Part shown: positions 1-9,546 of the stretch, one piece after another
How the letters are laid out: the number at the start of each line of letters is the position of its first letter
How positions within the stretch are numbered: the first letter of the stretch is position 1
Assembly: GCA_913043025.1 (NCBI GenBank)
Contig: CAJWLM010000002.1
Span: 130,355-194,354 of the forward strand
Direction: 5' to 3'
Source of the DNA: an uncultured Rhodospirillaceae bacterium
Lineage (GTDB): Bacteria > Pseudomonadota > Alphaproteobacteria > UBA8366
DNA length: 64,000 bases
The notes under the pieces: model-generated
Database searches by the model: none
What the model was told of the DNA's origin: nothing
Seen by the model: the letters and a program-made list of their open reading frames with translations, nothing else
Made by a program: the position numbers and the translations under genes

Positions 1-1
1 A

Positions 2-463
2 GAACGGCCAGACATTATCTGGTCTCTTATCGCGGCGCTTTATATCGGTAACATCATTCTTTTGGTTTTGAACCTGCCAATGATTGGTGTGTTTGTGCAA
101 ATTTTGAAAATGCCAATGCGGGTTTTATTGCCACTGATTATGGTAATTTCAATTACCGGCGTTTACCTAAATGATGGTTTAGTGTGGTCAATCTCATTTC
201 TTCTTTTATTTGGGTTTATCGGCTACTACATGAGAATATATGGATTTCCTCTTGCGCCAGTTATACTAGGTCGCGTTCTCGGCCTAAAAATGGAGCTAAG
301 CTTCAGACAATCTATGGTGATGACTCAAGGTGATATTTGGCTGTTGCTGGAGAGACCTATTGTATGTTTATTCCTCTTTTTGTCGGTGGGTTCATTATTT
401 CTACCGCAAATACTAGCGAGGATTACAGGTAATAAAAAAGTAGTTCTAGATGACGACGACTAA
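2..463 (+). CDS. tctA: Tripartite tricarboxylate transporter large permease TctA, C-terminal fragment (5' end outside the window)
   Basis: Frame 2 is open from the window edge (ERPDIIWSLIAALYIGNIILLVLNLPMIGVFVQILKMP...). It has hydrophobic TM segments and a TctA-like C-terminal pattern. The M at 62 in the ORF track is internal. Confidence 0.7.
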   Translation, partial: ERPDIIWSLIAALYIGNIILLVLNLPMIGVFVQILKMPMRVLLPLIMVISITGVYLNDGLVWSISFLLLFGFIGYYMRIYGFPLAPVILGRVLGLKMELSFRQSMVMTQGDIWLLLERPIVCLFLFLSVGSLFLPQILARITGNKKVVLDDDD

Positions 464-513
464 ATCTTTTGCATTGGTTATGCTGTAGGTATTAATCTTA
501 GGGGTCCATTGAT

Positions 514-1965
514 ATGGCAAAGAATGTTCTATTTATTATTTCAGACCAGCACCAAAAGAAAGCGCTTGGCTGTTATGGCCATGATTTCGTGAAAACTCCA
601 AATATCGATAAGCTCGCTAAGCGTGGCACACGCTTCTCAGCTGCTTACACGAGTTCGCCGGTTTGTGTCCCCGCGCGCGCAGTAATAGCGACTGGAAAAT
701 ATATCTTTGAAACTGGCTATTGGGATAATTGTTTTGCATACGATGGATCTGTACGGAGCTGGCATCACATGCTGAGCGAGAACGGAATGGAAGTTATTTC
801 GATTGGAAAACTTCATTTCACTCGAGAGGAGGATCCATTCGGATTAACCCGGCAAATAAACCCCATGCACATACACGACGGGGTTGGTGACCTACGAGGA
901 TCAGTTAAGCGCCCAATGGCGCCCTCTTACACAAAATGGCGCGGAATTGAACGCCTTGGGCCGGGCGAAAGCGCTTATACAAAATATGACGCGGATATCA
1001 CTGCCACTACTTGCGGTCTGATTCGTGAAAAGGCAGCCAATCCCGATGATAAGCCGTGGGCTATATTTTCATCATTGGTCTGCCCGCATCCGCCATATTG
1101 CTCACCTCAGGAATTTTACGACCTCTATCCTCTTGAAATGATGCCCAAGCCCAAACTAATTGAAGCCGATGTTTCATTACATCCGTGGATGCAAAACTTG
1201 CAACGTAACCGCAATTTCAATGATTTTGTCGATGAGAATACTCGTCGTCGGATTATCGCCAACTATTACGGGTGTGTTAGTTATGTCGATTCCAATGTAG
1301 GTAAAATTATTGACTGCCTTGATGATTCGGGGATTCTTGAAGATACAATCATCGTTTACACCTCTGACCATGGCGAAAATCTTGGAACTCGTCAAATTTG
1401 GGGTAAATTGAACATGTACGAGGAATCTGCCGCCATTCCTCTTTTAATCTCTGGCGCAGGCATTCCATCTGGCAAGGTATGCAACACACCAGTGTCTCTG
1501 TTAGATATCGCGCCAACGATCGTTGATGCGGTCGGCTTGAGTTCGATCATTGAAACGGAGGGTTTACAAGGAAAATCATTGTTAAAAATCGCAAAAGAGC
1601 CTGATCAGGTTGGTAGAATAGCATTCAGCGAATACTATGGCCCAGGTGCTGATCGTGCGGCGTTCATGATCCGTCAAGGAAACTACAAATATATATATTA
1701 TGTGAATTTTGAACCTGAACTTTTCGATCTCGATGCTGATCCCGATGAGTTGAATAATCTATACAAGGATCTCAGGTATGAGGGTGTTGTCAAAATATGT
1801 GATACGGCTTTGCGTCGCATTGTCGACCCGGATGATGCGGATAATCGTGCTTATTTAGCTCAATCCGCTTTAATCGAAAAACATGGGGGGCGGGAGAAAA
1901 TTATTGATAAGGGAGCTTTTCAAGGAAGCCCCGTCCCGGGTGAGAAGCCAGTTTTTGTAAGCTAG
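514..1965 (+). CDS. Cys-type sulfatase (arylsulfatase/choline-sulfatase-like hydrolase)
   Basis: 483 aa. It has the N-terminal sulfatase signature LFIISDQH...SSPVCVPARAV (C-x-P-x-R formylglycine motif) and a C-terminal DPDELNNLY box. It lies 50 nt downstream of tctA. Confidence 0.85.
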   Translation: MAKNVLFIISDQHQKKALGCYGHDFVKTPNIDKLAKRGTRFSAAYTSSPVCVPARAVIATGKYIFETGYWDNCFAYDGSVRSWHHMLSENGMEVISIGKLHFTREEDPFGLTRQINPMHIHDGVGDLRGSVKRPMAPSYTKWRGIERLGPGESAYTKYDADITATTCGLIREKAANPDDKPWAIFSSLVCPHPPYCSPQEFYDLYPLEMMPKPKLIEADVSLHPWMQNLQRNRNFNDFVDENTRRRIIANYYGCVSYVDSNVGKIIDCLDDSGILEDTIIVYTSDHGENLGTRQIWGKLNMYEESAAIPLLISGAGIPSGKVCNTPVSLLDIAPTIVDAVGLSSIIETEGLQGKSLLKIAKEPDQVGRIAFSEYYGPGADRAAFMIRQGNYKYIYYVNFEPELFDLDADPDELNNLYKDLRYEGVVKICDTALRRIVDPDDADNRAYLAQSALIEKHGGREKIIDKGAFQGSPVPGEKPVFVS

Positions 1966-2292
1966 AACATGTAATGTTTAGCTCAAAAACAAAAATAGCC
2001 TATTGCACCTTTTAAAAAACTGAAATGTAATAACATTGTTTTTATGTGAAAGCAGGTTTATTATGTAAACCAATGGTTCATTTATGCAGCAAAAACAAGG
2101 CTATTGATATTCGGTGTTTTAAAAAAATTGATGGCGAATTGGCCAAATTTAAAGAGCAATCAAAGAAAGCTTTTACAAGTTTTTTTGAACTCAACAGATT
2201 GGCAATATAAAACGCAGGGTATTTTTTGCCACAGTATAAGTTTTTTAAAAAACAGGATAAAAATCCAATCAAAAAAGTGGAGGAATTTATTT

Positions 2293-3612
2293 ATGTCCGT
2301 TAAGGCAATCAAGGCTGGCCGTATTATCGATTGCACCGGGGCCAATCCAATTGAGAATGGTGTTATTGTCATTGATGATAAGCAAATCAAAACCGTGGGG
2401 TCTGAAAAAAGTGTTCAAATTCCCGCGGGCGCTGAGATTATTGATGCCTCCGGCAAAACCGTTATGCCCGGTATGATGGATATTCACCTTCATGTGGGAA
2501 TGTTCAACAACCGTACATTTAAAAACTACCGCGTTGCCCAGTGGGAGGTAACGCCGCAACAACAGCAAATGTACATGCTGTTTCACGCCCAGCTCTGCTT
2601 CGAAATGGGTTTCACCACGCTGCGCGATATGGGGCTGATATCTTCACGCGGATTGATGACACAAGAAACTTGTGCCGTTCGTGACATAATTAATGCGGGT
2701 TGTTTGGACGGTCCGCGCATGAAGGTCTCCGGATTTACTATTATGACGTGTTCACATTTGGAATTAATTCTTCCCAAGGCAGCTTTGCGTCATGATGCCT
2801 CCACCGGTGATGGTCCGTGGGAGCTTCGTCGCCAGGCCCGTCTAGCCGTCCGTCAGGGCGCTGACGTTATTAAAGCGTGTCACTCCGGTGGCGGCGGTAC
2901 GGACGATGAGGAGCCCGATGTGCGTAATATGACATATGAAGAGCTTGAGGCCATAGTTGATGAGGCTCATGCACTTCTTAAACCGTGTGCGTGTCATTGT
3001 TTTACACCCGAAAGCCAGAAAAATGCAGTAAAAGCTGGCGTCGACACCATAGAGCATATGGTGTTTCACACTGATGAAACACTTGAAATGATTAAAAGCG
3101 CTGGAAAGCCAATGGTGCCAACACTTCTTCACCGTACGGATCACGCTATTGATATCCGTCGTGATATCGGCACCCCACAGTTTACTCTCGACAAGATGCA
3201 GCAAATTCAGCCGTACTGTTACGAGACGTTCCAAAAGGCGCATAAGCTTGGAATAGATATAGCTATGGGTACCGATATGGGTTTCGAGCCGGGATTTGGA
3301 ACCAACGCTCAAGAGTTAGAAGTTTATGTAGACCTTGGGATGAGCCCGATGGATGCATTACTTACTGCTACTCGTAATGCAGCAAATGCCATTGGAGTTG
3401 GCAAACAACTTGGCACGCTAGAAGAGGGCAAGCTGGCCGACGTGCTAGTCGTCGATGGAAACCCTCTTGAAAATATCAAAGTATTGCAAGACCGCGAGAA
3501 GATGCAGATGGTGATGAAAGAAGGTACCATCTATATCGACCGTCGCCCTGGTTCCCCACGTAAGGAGATTATGACAGCTGAACCAGATAGCTGGGCAAAA
3601 ATTGATGCATAG
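2293..3612 (+). CDS. Metal-dependent amidohydrolase family protein
   Basis: The ATG at 2293 follows a GGAGG RBS; the ORF-track start at 2104 is an upstream in-frame extension. The N-terminus IKAGRIIDCTG and the HxH metal motif MMDIHLHV are typical of the amidohydrolase superfamily. Confidence 0.8.
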   Translation: MSVKAIKAGRIIDCTGANPIENGVIVIDDKQIKTVGSEKSVQIPAGAEIIDASGKTVMPGMMDIHLHVGMFNNRTFKNYRVAQWEVTPQQQQMYMLFHAQLCFEMGFTTLRDMGLISSRGLMTQETCAVRDIINAGCLDGPRMKVSGFTIMTCSHLELILPKAALRHDASTGDGPWELRRQARLAVRQGADVIKACHSGGGGTDDEEPDVRNMTYEELEAIVDEAHALLKPCACHCFTPESQKNAVKAGVDTIEHMVFHTDETLEMIKSAGKPMVPTLLHRTDHAIDIRRDIGTPQFTLDKMQQIQPYCYETFQKAHKLGIDIAMGTDMGFEPGFGTNAQELEVYVDLGMSPMDALLTATRNAANAIGVGKQLGTLEEGKLADVLVVDGNPLENIKVLQDREKMQMVMKEGTIYIDRRPGSPRKEIMTAEPDSWAKIDA

Positions 3613-3782
3613 TAACAGGGATACACAGATAATGTGTCTCGATTGAAGTTACTTCGATCTATTGTTTGGTCATCGCCAATTCTATTTTAAAAATTTTGAT
3701 TCAATAATACCTCAATTTTATTTATATCGTTTGGTTAGGCATTGATTGGATAATATTCTTCTAAACACTAACGGATATCGAC

Positions 3783-4631
3783 ATGTCAGGATTGACGGCA
3801 GAACAGATTAGTCAGTTTCGTGCAGATGGATTTTACTATCCACTGGATGGTTTAAGTGAGACGGAGGTCGGTCAGTTTCGCGAAGGGCTGTTGATGACTG
3901 AGAAGCACATTGGAGTTCCTCTCGCAGATGCAGAGGGCAAGTTCCGGCATAATCTGCACACTTTATGCCGTTGGACTGACGAATTGATAAGGCATTCTGC
4001 AATTTTGGATGTGATAGAAAGTTTAATGGGGCCAAACATCATCCTTTATACCTGCCGTGCATTCATAAAGCCGCCTAAGTCGCTTGGCATTACAGCATGG
4101 CATCAGGATTCTACTTATTTTGGGCTTAGACCTTATGATCACGTGACTGCATGGGTAGCCCTTTCGGATGTGGACTCAGAGAGTGGGCCAGCAGAATTTG
4201 CTCGCGGTAGTCATATTCGGGGACAGTTGTTGCAGGAAAGCAACGTAGTAGAGAATAGCGTTAATACTGCGGGTCAAATGACTGTGGAATGGTTTGATAA
4301 ATCTGATACTGATTGTGCCATCTTGAAGCCGGGGCAATTTTCCTTGCATCATACTTGCACGTTGCACCAATCGGCACCAAACAAGTCCAATCGTCCACGC
4401 ATTGGCTTGGCGCTAAGCTATATTTCTACGCGAACGCGTAATACTGGGTCGGTCCGAATGCCAGCAACTCTTGTTCGTGGTTCAGACGAATACGGAAACT
4501 TTGACTTGCAGCCTCGTCCCTTAGAAGATTTTGGCCCTGAGGAAACGCGTCGCCATGCCGCATCTCATGCGGTCTTCCTTGAAAATTTTCATGAGCAACG
4601 CAAGCTTCATGAAGCAGGCTTGCCAGCTTAA
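3783..4631 (+). CDS. Phytanoyl-CoA dioxygenase (PhyH) family Fe(II)/2-oxoglutarate oxygenase
   Basis: 282 aa. It has the FRADGFY N-terminus, the WHQDSTYF (HxD) motif and a distal His in FSLHHTCTLHQS. Confidence 0.75.
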   Translation: MSGLTAEQISQFRADGFYYPLDGLSETEVGQFREGLLMTEKHIGVPLADAEGKFRHNLHTLCRWTDELIRHSAILDVIESLMGPNIILYTCRAFIKPPKSLGITAWHQDSTYFGLRPYDHVTAWVALSDVDSESGPAEFARGSHIRGQLLQESNVVENSVNTAGQMTVEWFDKSDTDCAILKPGQFSLHHTCTLHQSAPNKSNRPRIGLALSYISTRTRNTGSVRMPATLVRGSDEYGNFDLQPRPLEDFGPEETRRHAASHAVFLENFHEQRKLHEAGLPA

Positions 4632-4993
4632 AAGTTATAGCAAAAATCCAGAGAAACTAGATTTTAATGTCCATTGAATAATTGCTGGTAAATCTAGCAC
4701 ACAAAAACCCTGATATGGGCACTCATCAAGCTGAACTGCATCGTTGTAAACGTCATTCCGCTACAGATAAAGGGGGGCTATATGTAGGATGAAGTTAAGC
4801 CTTTTTTTCAGGATAAAAAATCTCAAGATTGATATTGTTATTCGTTACAATGAAATATTTCAGGTAAGGACCCATATTATCCTTTCGATAGTCCCGAGCG
4901 CATAATTTTATTTTGGCAGAGGCAACGTTGCTTCAACCTTATATCCGCAGTCGCAGTCCAGTTACTCACGATATCGAGGTAAAGGAATATAAA

Positions 4994-5893
4994 ATGCAAT
5001 CAGCGAATAAAAAAAGTACAAATTTTCAAATTCGGACAAATGCTAATAGCTTCGTTCATGAAGTTCTAGAATTGGACGTTAAGGAAATATCGGACATTCA
5101 ATTTGACCAGCTTGAGAGATCATTTGACCACGGGGGCGTATTATTCATGCGGAATCAGGATTTGCAAACAGCCGACCTCGTAGCTTTCTCGAGGCGGTTT
5201 GGCGAATTAGAGGGTCATGTTCGTCATGAATACGCAATGCCTGGTTATCCAGAGGTCCATGTATTATCCAATATAAAAAAAGGTAATAAAACTATTGGTT
5301 CTGCCTATGCCGGCGATGATTGGCACTTAGACCTTTGCTTTATGCGGGAGCCGGCAAGAATGGCTATTTTATACGCGATAGAAATTCCGCATGATGATGA
5401 TGGTAATGCATTAGGTGACACTCTCTTCGCTAGCGGTTCCGATGCCTATGATACCTTAGATAATGATTTGCGAGATAGGTTGGAAAACAAAAAATGCTTG
5501 ATGCAATATAACCGGCGCCAGGAAGAAAAACGTCTCCAACGTCTACACGATCATCCCCGGCCGCCTATGACAGATGAGCAAAAGGCTAAGACGCCGGATA
5601 TTTGGCAGCCGATTTTCAGAACACACCCAAATACCGGTCGGAAAGCAATCTATGCTAATAAAGTAAATACATTCCGGATTGAAGGCATGTCAGAAGAAGA
5701 GTCCCTTCCCATCATACGAAGTCTTCAAAAGCATGTCACCAAACCGGAAAATGTATACCGCCATAAATGGCAAGTCGGTGATCTCTTAATGTGGGATAAC
5801 GCAAGTGCTCATCACATGGCAATTGGTGATTACAAATTACCACAGCGTCGCAAACTAATTCGGACTTCGATCAAGGGTGGTCCAGTTTTTTAG
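4994..5893 (+). CDS. TauD/TfdA family Fe(II)/2-oxoglutarate dioxygenase
   Basis: The ATG at 4994 follows GAGGTAAAGGA. The HxD motif DDWHLDL, the distal His in NASAHHMA and a C-terminal Arg (RRKLIRTSI) fit taurine-dioxygenase-like enzymes. Confidence 0.75.
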   Translation: MQSANKKSTNFQIRTNANSFVHEVLELDVKEISDIQFDQLERSFDHGGVLFMRNQDLQTADLVAFSRRFGELEGHVRHEYAMPGYPEVHVLSNIKKGNKTIGSAYAGDDWHLDLCFMREPARMAILYAIEIPHDDDGNALGDTLFASGSDAYDTLDNDLRDRLENKKCLMQYNRRQEEKRLQRLHDHPRPPMTDEQKAKTPDIWQPIFRTHPNTGRKAIYANKVNTFRIEGMSEEESLPIIRSLQKHVTKPENVYRHKWQVGDLLMWDNASAHHMAIGDYKLPQRRKLIRTSIKGGPVF

Positions 5894-5919
5894 GGTATGA
5901 AAAAAAAGAAAGGATTGGG

Positions 5920-6828
5920 ATGGGGGATATCAAAAAAGTTGGTTTTGTTGGCATCGGTAATATGGGCAATGCAATGGCGCGTCATCTAGTGAATGCTGGG
6001 TTTGACCTTACTGTCATGGATAAGCGAGCGGATGTAGTAGAGGCTTTTGTAAAGGCACATCATTGCAATTGCACTGCTAATCTGGTGGAGCTTGGCCAGT
6101 CCGTTGACGCTGTAATTACTATGTTGCCGACAAGTGAGATCGTGCGTGCCGTTATTCTTGGTGATAATAATGAAAAAGGCATTGCCGATGGCATGAGTGA
6201 AGGGAAACTTGTCATCGATATGAGCACTTCAAACCCGGCTGATACACTGGCATTAAATAAGGTATTGATTACACGGGGTATTGGATTAATCGATGCCCCC
6301 GTCGCTGGAGGTGTTGTTTTTGCAAATAACGGTTCTTTGCTCATTACCGTAGGTGGATCGCAAAAAAATAAAAATCGTGCTATGGCGCTTTTCGAAGCGA
6401 TGGGCTCGGAGATTAGTGATTGTGGAATATTAGGTGGCGCACATACTATGAAAGCTCTGAATAATTTTGTGAATGCTGCAGCATTGATAACAGGCATTGA
6501 GGCGATGTCAGTAGCGCTTAAGTTTGGATTAGAGCCTGAGGTTGCAATTGGTGCACTGAAAAGTGCGTGTACCGGACGAAATAATCCGATTGAGAAAAAG
6601 ATTGAAGGTCATATTTTGAGTGGGAAGTATGCAACAGGGATGCCTATCGGGCTAATTGCTAAAGATATAAAGATTGCCGTCGAAAGCGCCGAAGCACTCG
6701 GTGCTTTTGCACCAATTGCAAAGGAAACACTCCGGCTTTGGGAGCAGGCAAGAGATCAATTCGGTTTCGATCCTGATCAATCGGAAGTGGGAAGGTTATG
6801 GGAGTCCAAAACTGGAATTAGATTCTAA
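5920..6828 (+). CDS. NAD(P)-dependent beta-hydroxyacid dehydrogenase (3-hydroxyisobutyrate dehydrogenase family)
   Basis: It has the N-terminal Rossmann motif VGFVGIGNMGNAMARHL. The 302-aa length and layout are typical of the HIBADH/tartronate semialdehyde reductase family. Confidence 0.8.
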   Translation: MGDIKKVGFVGIGNMGNAMARHLVNAGFDLTVMDKRADVVEAFVKAHHCNCTANLVELGQSVDAVITMLPTSEIVRAVILGDNNEKGIADGMSEGKLVIDMSTSNPADTLALNKVLITRGIGLIDAPVAGGVVFANNGSLLITVGGSQKNKNRAMALFEAMGSEISDCGILGGAHTMKALNNFVNAAALITGIEAMSVALKFGLEPEVAIGALKSACTGRNNPIEKKIEGHILSGKYATGMPIGLIAKDIKIAVESAEALGAFAPIAKETLRLWEQARDQFGFDPDQSEVGRLWESKTGIRF

Positions 6829-6846
6829 AATGGGTGGGGCTTAAAA

Positions 6847-8235
6847 GTGCCCGTGTTTTTTAAAAAACCAACTAATATATTAGTTACTGTAGCACTAGCC
6901 GTTGCAGCGTATATCGTCTACTGGCCCTACGCAATTGATGATGACCCCTCGCGGTACCATGCAGCTGCACTTTTGGTTATTGCGGTTACCTTTTGGAGTA
7001 CACATAAACTACCGGAACATGTGACTGCTCTTATTTTGATGTTAGGTGCGGTTCTCATGTCAGTTGCGCCCGCGTCTACGGCATTTTCTGGTTTCGGATC
7101 AGGTGGCACTTGGTTGATATTTGGAGGCCTTATCATCGGAGCAGCTATTTCCGGTGCTGAGCTGGATAAGCGAATCGTGGACACTATTCTTCAGCGGATT
7201 ACGCTTAGTTATGGCGGAACAATTACAGCTCTAATGTTATTAAGTTTTGTACTTGCAATCATTATACCTTCGACAATTCCACGTATACTTTTGCTGATGC
7301 CTATTGCATTGACGATAGCTGACCGGATGGGATTCGAGATGGGTAGTCGAGGGGCAAACGGTATTGCAATGACAGTGGGAGTTGGTAGTTTTTTCCCAAG
7401 TTGGAGTTTGCTACCCGCCAATCTTCCTGTTGTTGTACATACTGCTGCTATTGAGACGATATACGGGGTAGCACCCAATTATGGTGAGCATTTTACAATC
7501 CATTTTCCTGTGATGGGTCTTTTGAGAGGCGCGGTGTGCGGAACTGTCCTGTACTTTCTATTCAGGTCAGATGCCAAGATTGTACAACATCGAGCATCAC
7601 TAAAACCACTGAATGCGCAGGGCCGGCGGCTTTTAGTGTTGTTGGCAATTACATTGGGGTTTTGGGTAACTGATTTTTTGCACGGTGTAGCGCCAGGTTG
7701 GGTAGCATTAGCTGCCGCGATCATTATTCTTATGCCGTGTTCTGGTATGCTTGCTGAGGACGCATTTCGAAATAAGATAAATTTTAGTCCTGTATTCTAC
7801 ATCGCCGGCATCTTGAGCATCGGTGCAATATTATCTAATTCTGGCCTTGATTTGTGGCTTGCTAGCTATGTGATTGACCTGCTTCAGTTTGAAAAAAACC
7901 AGAATGCCATCAATTTCGCGCTTATCTTAGGGATAGGACTTTGCTCCTCTCTGGCAATGACAGCACCGGGTGCACCGGCACTTACAGTCCCACTGGCCGA
8001 AGCTCTCGCAGATGCCACAGGAATACCTCTCCTTACTGTGCTTATGGCAGAATTAACTGGACAGTCCTTAGTGTTGCTTCCGTACGCTGCCCCCCCCGCA
8101 GCAGTTGCAATAATCGTTGGTGGTGTACGAGTAATTGATGCCGTTAAAAGCATGTTTTTTACAACAATGGCTACAGTAATTTTGCTTGCACCCATTCAAT
8201 ATCTGTATTGGACTATCATTGGCTTGTTTGAGTAG
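6847..8235 (+). CDS. Anion permease of the ArsB/NhaD-SLC13 (DASS-like) ion-transporter superfamily
   Basis: A GTG start follows GGTGGGG. The 462-aa protein is almost entirely hydrophobic helices. Substrate is unknown. Confidence 0.55.
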   Translation: MPVFFKKPTNILVTVALAVAAYIVYWPYAIDDDPSRYHAAALLVIAVTFWSTHKLPEHVTALILMLGAVLMSVAPASTAFSGFGSGGTWLIFGGLIIGAAISGAELDKRIVDTILQRITLSYGGTITALMLLSFVLAIIIPSTIPRILLLMPIALTIADRMGFEMGSRGANGIAMTVGVGSFFPSWSLLPANLPVVVHTAAIETIYGVAPNYGEHFTIHFPVMGLLRGAVCGTVLYFLFRSDAKIVQHRASLKPLNAQGRRLLVLLAITLGFWVTDFLHGVAPGWVALAAAIIILMPCSGMLAEDAFRNKINFSPVFYIAGILSIGAILSNSGLDLWLASYVIDLLQFEKNQNAINFALILGIGLCSSLAMTAPGAPALTVPLAEALADATGIPLLTVLMAELTGQSLVLLPYAAPPAAVAIIVGGVRVIDAVKSMFFTTMATVILLAPIQYLYWTIIGLFE

Positions 8236-8727
8236 GTCAGTTGATATCATTGTCTACTCTTCTGCTGTCAATGCATACAAACCAATAAGACACTCAGTGT
8301 TGTTAATTTGAACTATTATTAAAAAGTTTAAAACTGCGGTTAACATCTCTCCATGTGGGGACACACTTGCTACGTCTAATTGTTTTGCAATGAAGGGGAG
8401 TAATATAGCCTTCTTCAAACCCTCTGCTTAAAGTTACAGAAAAAATAATGATGTAAAGCGCAGGTAAATTATTAACTCATGAACCGGTTAGAGGTCGTGG
8501 AAAAATAATAAAAAATAATATTCAAGGCGGATTAATTGGAAAGTGTTTGAAAAAACTTAATCAACAGGGTAACAGAGAATGTTGAAAATAATGAAGAAGC
8601 AGCCTTGATCCATTCAATATTTTGGCAATTATAAGGCTGATAGAGGGGGGGCCATGCAACGATATTGAGCTCATCAGAGAGAAATCAATTAATACCTATT
8701 GCTACACTTTTACTTTTATCGTTAAGC

Positions 8728-9501
8728 TTAAAGCTTAAGCCAATCGAGCTCTTCACAAAAGTTGACGGTTTCACCGACAACAACAAGAGCAGGGGTAGGG
8801 ATCTCTTTGCTGTCGCGTGCAGCATTTTGTAGAGTTGTTATTACTACTTGTTGGTCTGGGAGGGTGGCCCTGCTGACAAACGCCACTGGCTCTTTTTGAG
8901 AGCGGCCAGCGTTCATGAGCAATTTCGAAATCTCGGCTATATTTCTCAGTGTCATATAAAATACTAAAATCTGCGACCCTTTTGCGACTGCTCGCCAATC
9001 TACAGAGGTTGAGGTGACTGTATTTGCATTGTGACCGGTCAAGAATGTAACTACTCGGCTTGTAGCGCGATGAGTGAGTGGTATTCCAGCATAGGCCAAT
9101 CCCCCAATACCCGAGCTGATGCCAGGAACAATACGAAATGGTATCTTTGCTCTTACTAAAGCTTGCGCTTCCTCTCCACCTCGACCGAATACAAATGGAT
9201 CTCCCCCTTTCAGCCGCAAAACACGCTTTCCTTCACCCGCTAATTGTACGAGTCGATTTGATATATCCTCTTGGTTATGAGACGGTTTACCTCCGCGTTT
9301 ACCTGCGTAAATTAATTCAGCATTATTAGGTGCACCTTTTAGTATAACCTTGGTAACAAGAGCATCGTAAACAATTGTATCTGCATTACAAAGAGCGTGC
9401 CATGCCAGAACGCTTATAAGCCCGGGATCTCCAGGGCCGGCCCCCGCCAGCCAAACGGTGCCAGGGTCGAATGGTGGAAGTTTGAAGGGAAAGTCGGTCA
9501 T
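8728..9501 (-). CDS. cobA: Uroporphyrinogen-III C-methyltransferase (SUMT)
   Basis: It has the tetrapyrrole methylase signature WLAGAGPGDPGLISV and GGDPFVFGRGGEE. The ATG at 9501 (MTDFPF) is preferred over the TTG at 9513. Confidence 0.9.
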   Translation of the reverse strand: MTDFPFKLPPFDPGTVWLAGAGPGDPGLISVLAWHALCNADTIVYDALVTKVILKGAPNNAELIYAGKRGGKPSHNQEDISNRLVQLAGEGKRVLRLKGGDPFVFGRGGEEAQALVRAKIPFRIVPGISSGIGGLAYAGIPLTHRATSRVVTFLTGHNANTVTSTSVDWRAVAKGSQILVFYMTLRNIAEISKLLMNAGRSQKEPVAFVSRATLPDQQVVITTLQNAARDSKEIPTPALVVVGETVNFCEELDWLKL

Positions 9502-9546
9502 AGCTCTGAACAAGATTCGTTAGGGTTTCGATTGTAGGGAAAATAT

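Noticed and set aside
2104-2292. 63-codon N-terminal extension of the amidohydrolase ORF in the track.
   Set aside because: The extension is AT-rich with an implausible peptide. A GGAGG RBS precedes the ATG at 2293, which gives a canonical amidohydrolase N-terminus.
8585-8660. GAAGAAGCAGCC motif reminiscent of the SRP (4.5S) RNA domain IV loop within the ORF-free spacer.
   Set aside because: The flanking helices and the conserved complementary strand of SRP RNA are absent. Only a 7-bp local hairpin is present.
8721-8740. TTAAGCTTAAAGCTTAA palindrome (double HindIII site) over the cobA stop, considered as a terminator.
   Set aside because: The stem is AT-rich with a 3-nt loop and no T-run, so it is not convincing as an intrinsic terminator.
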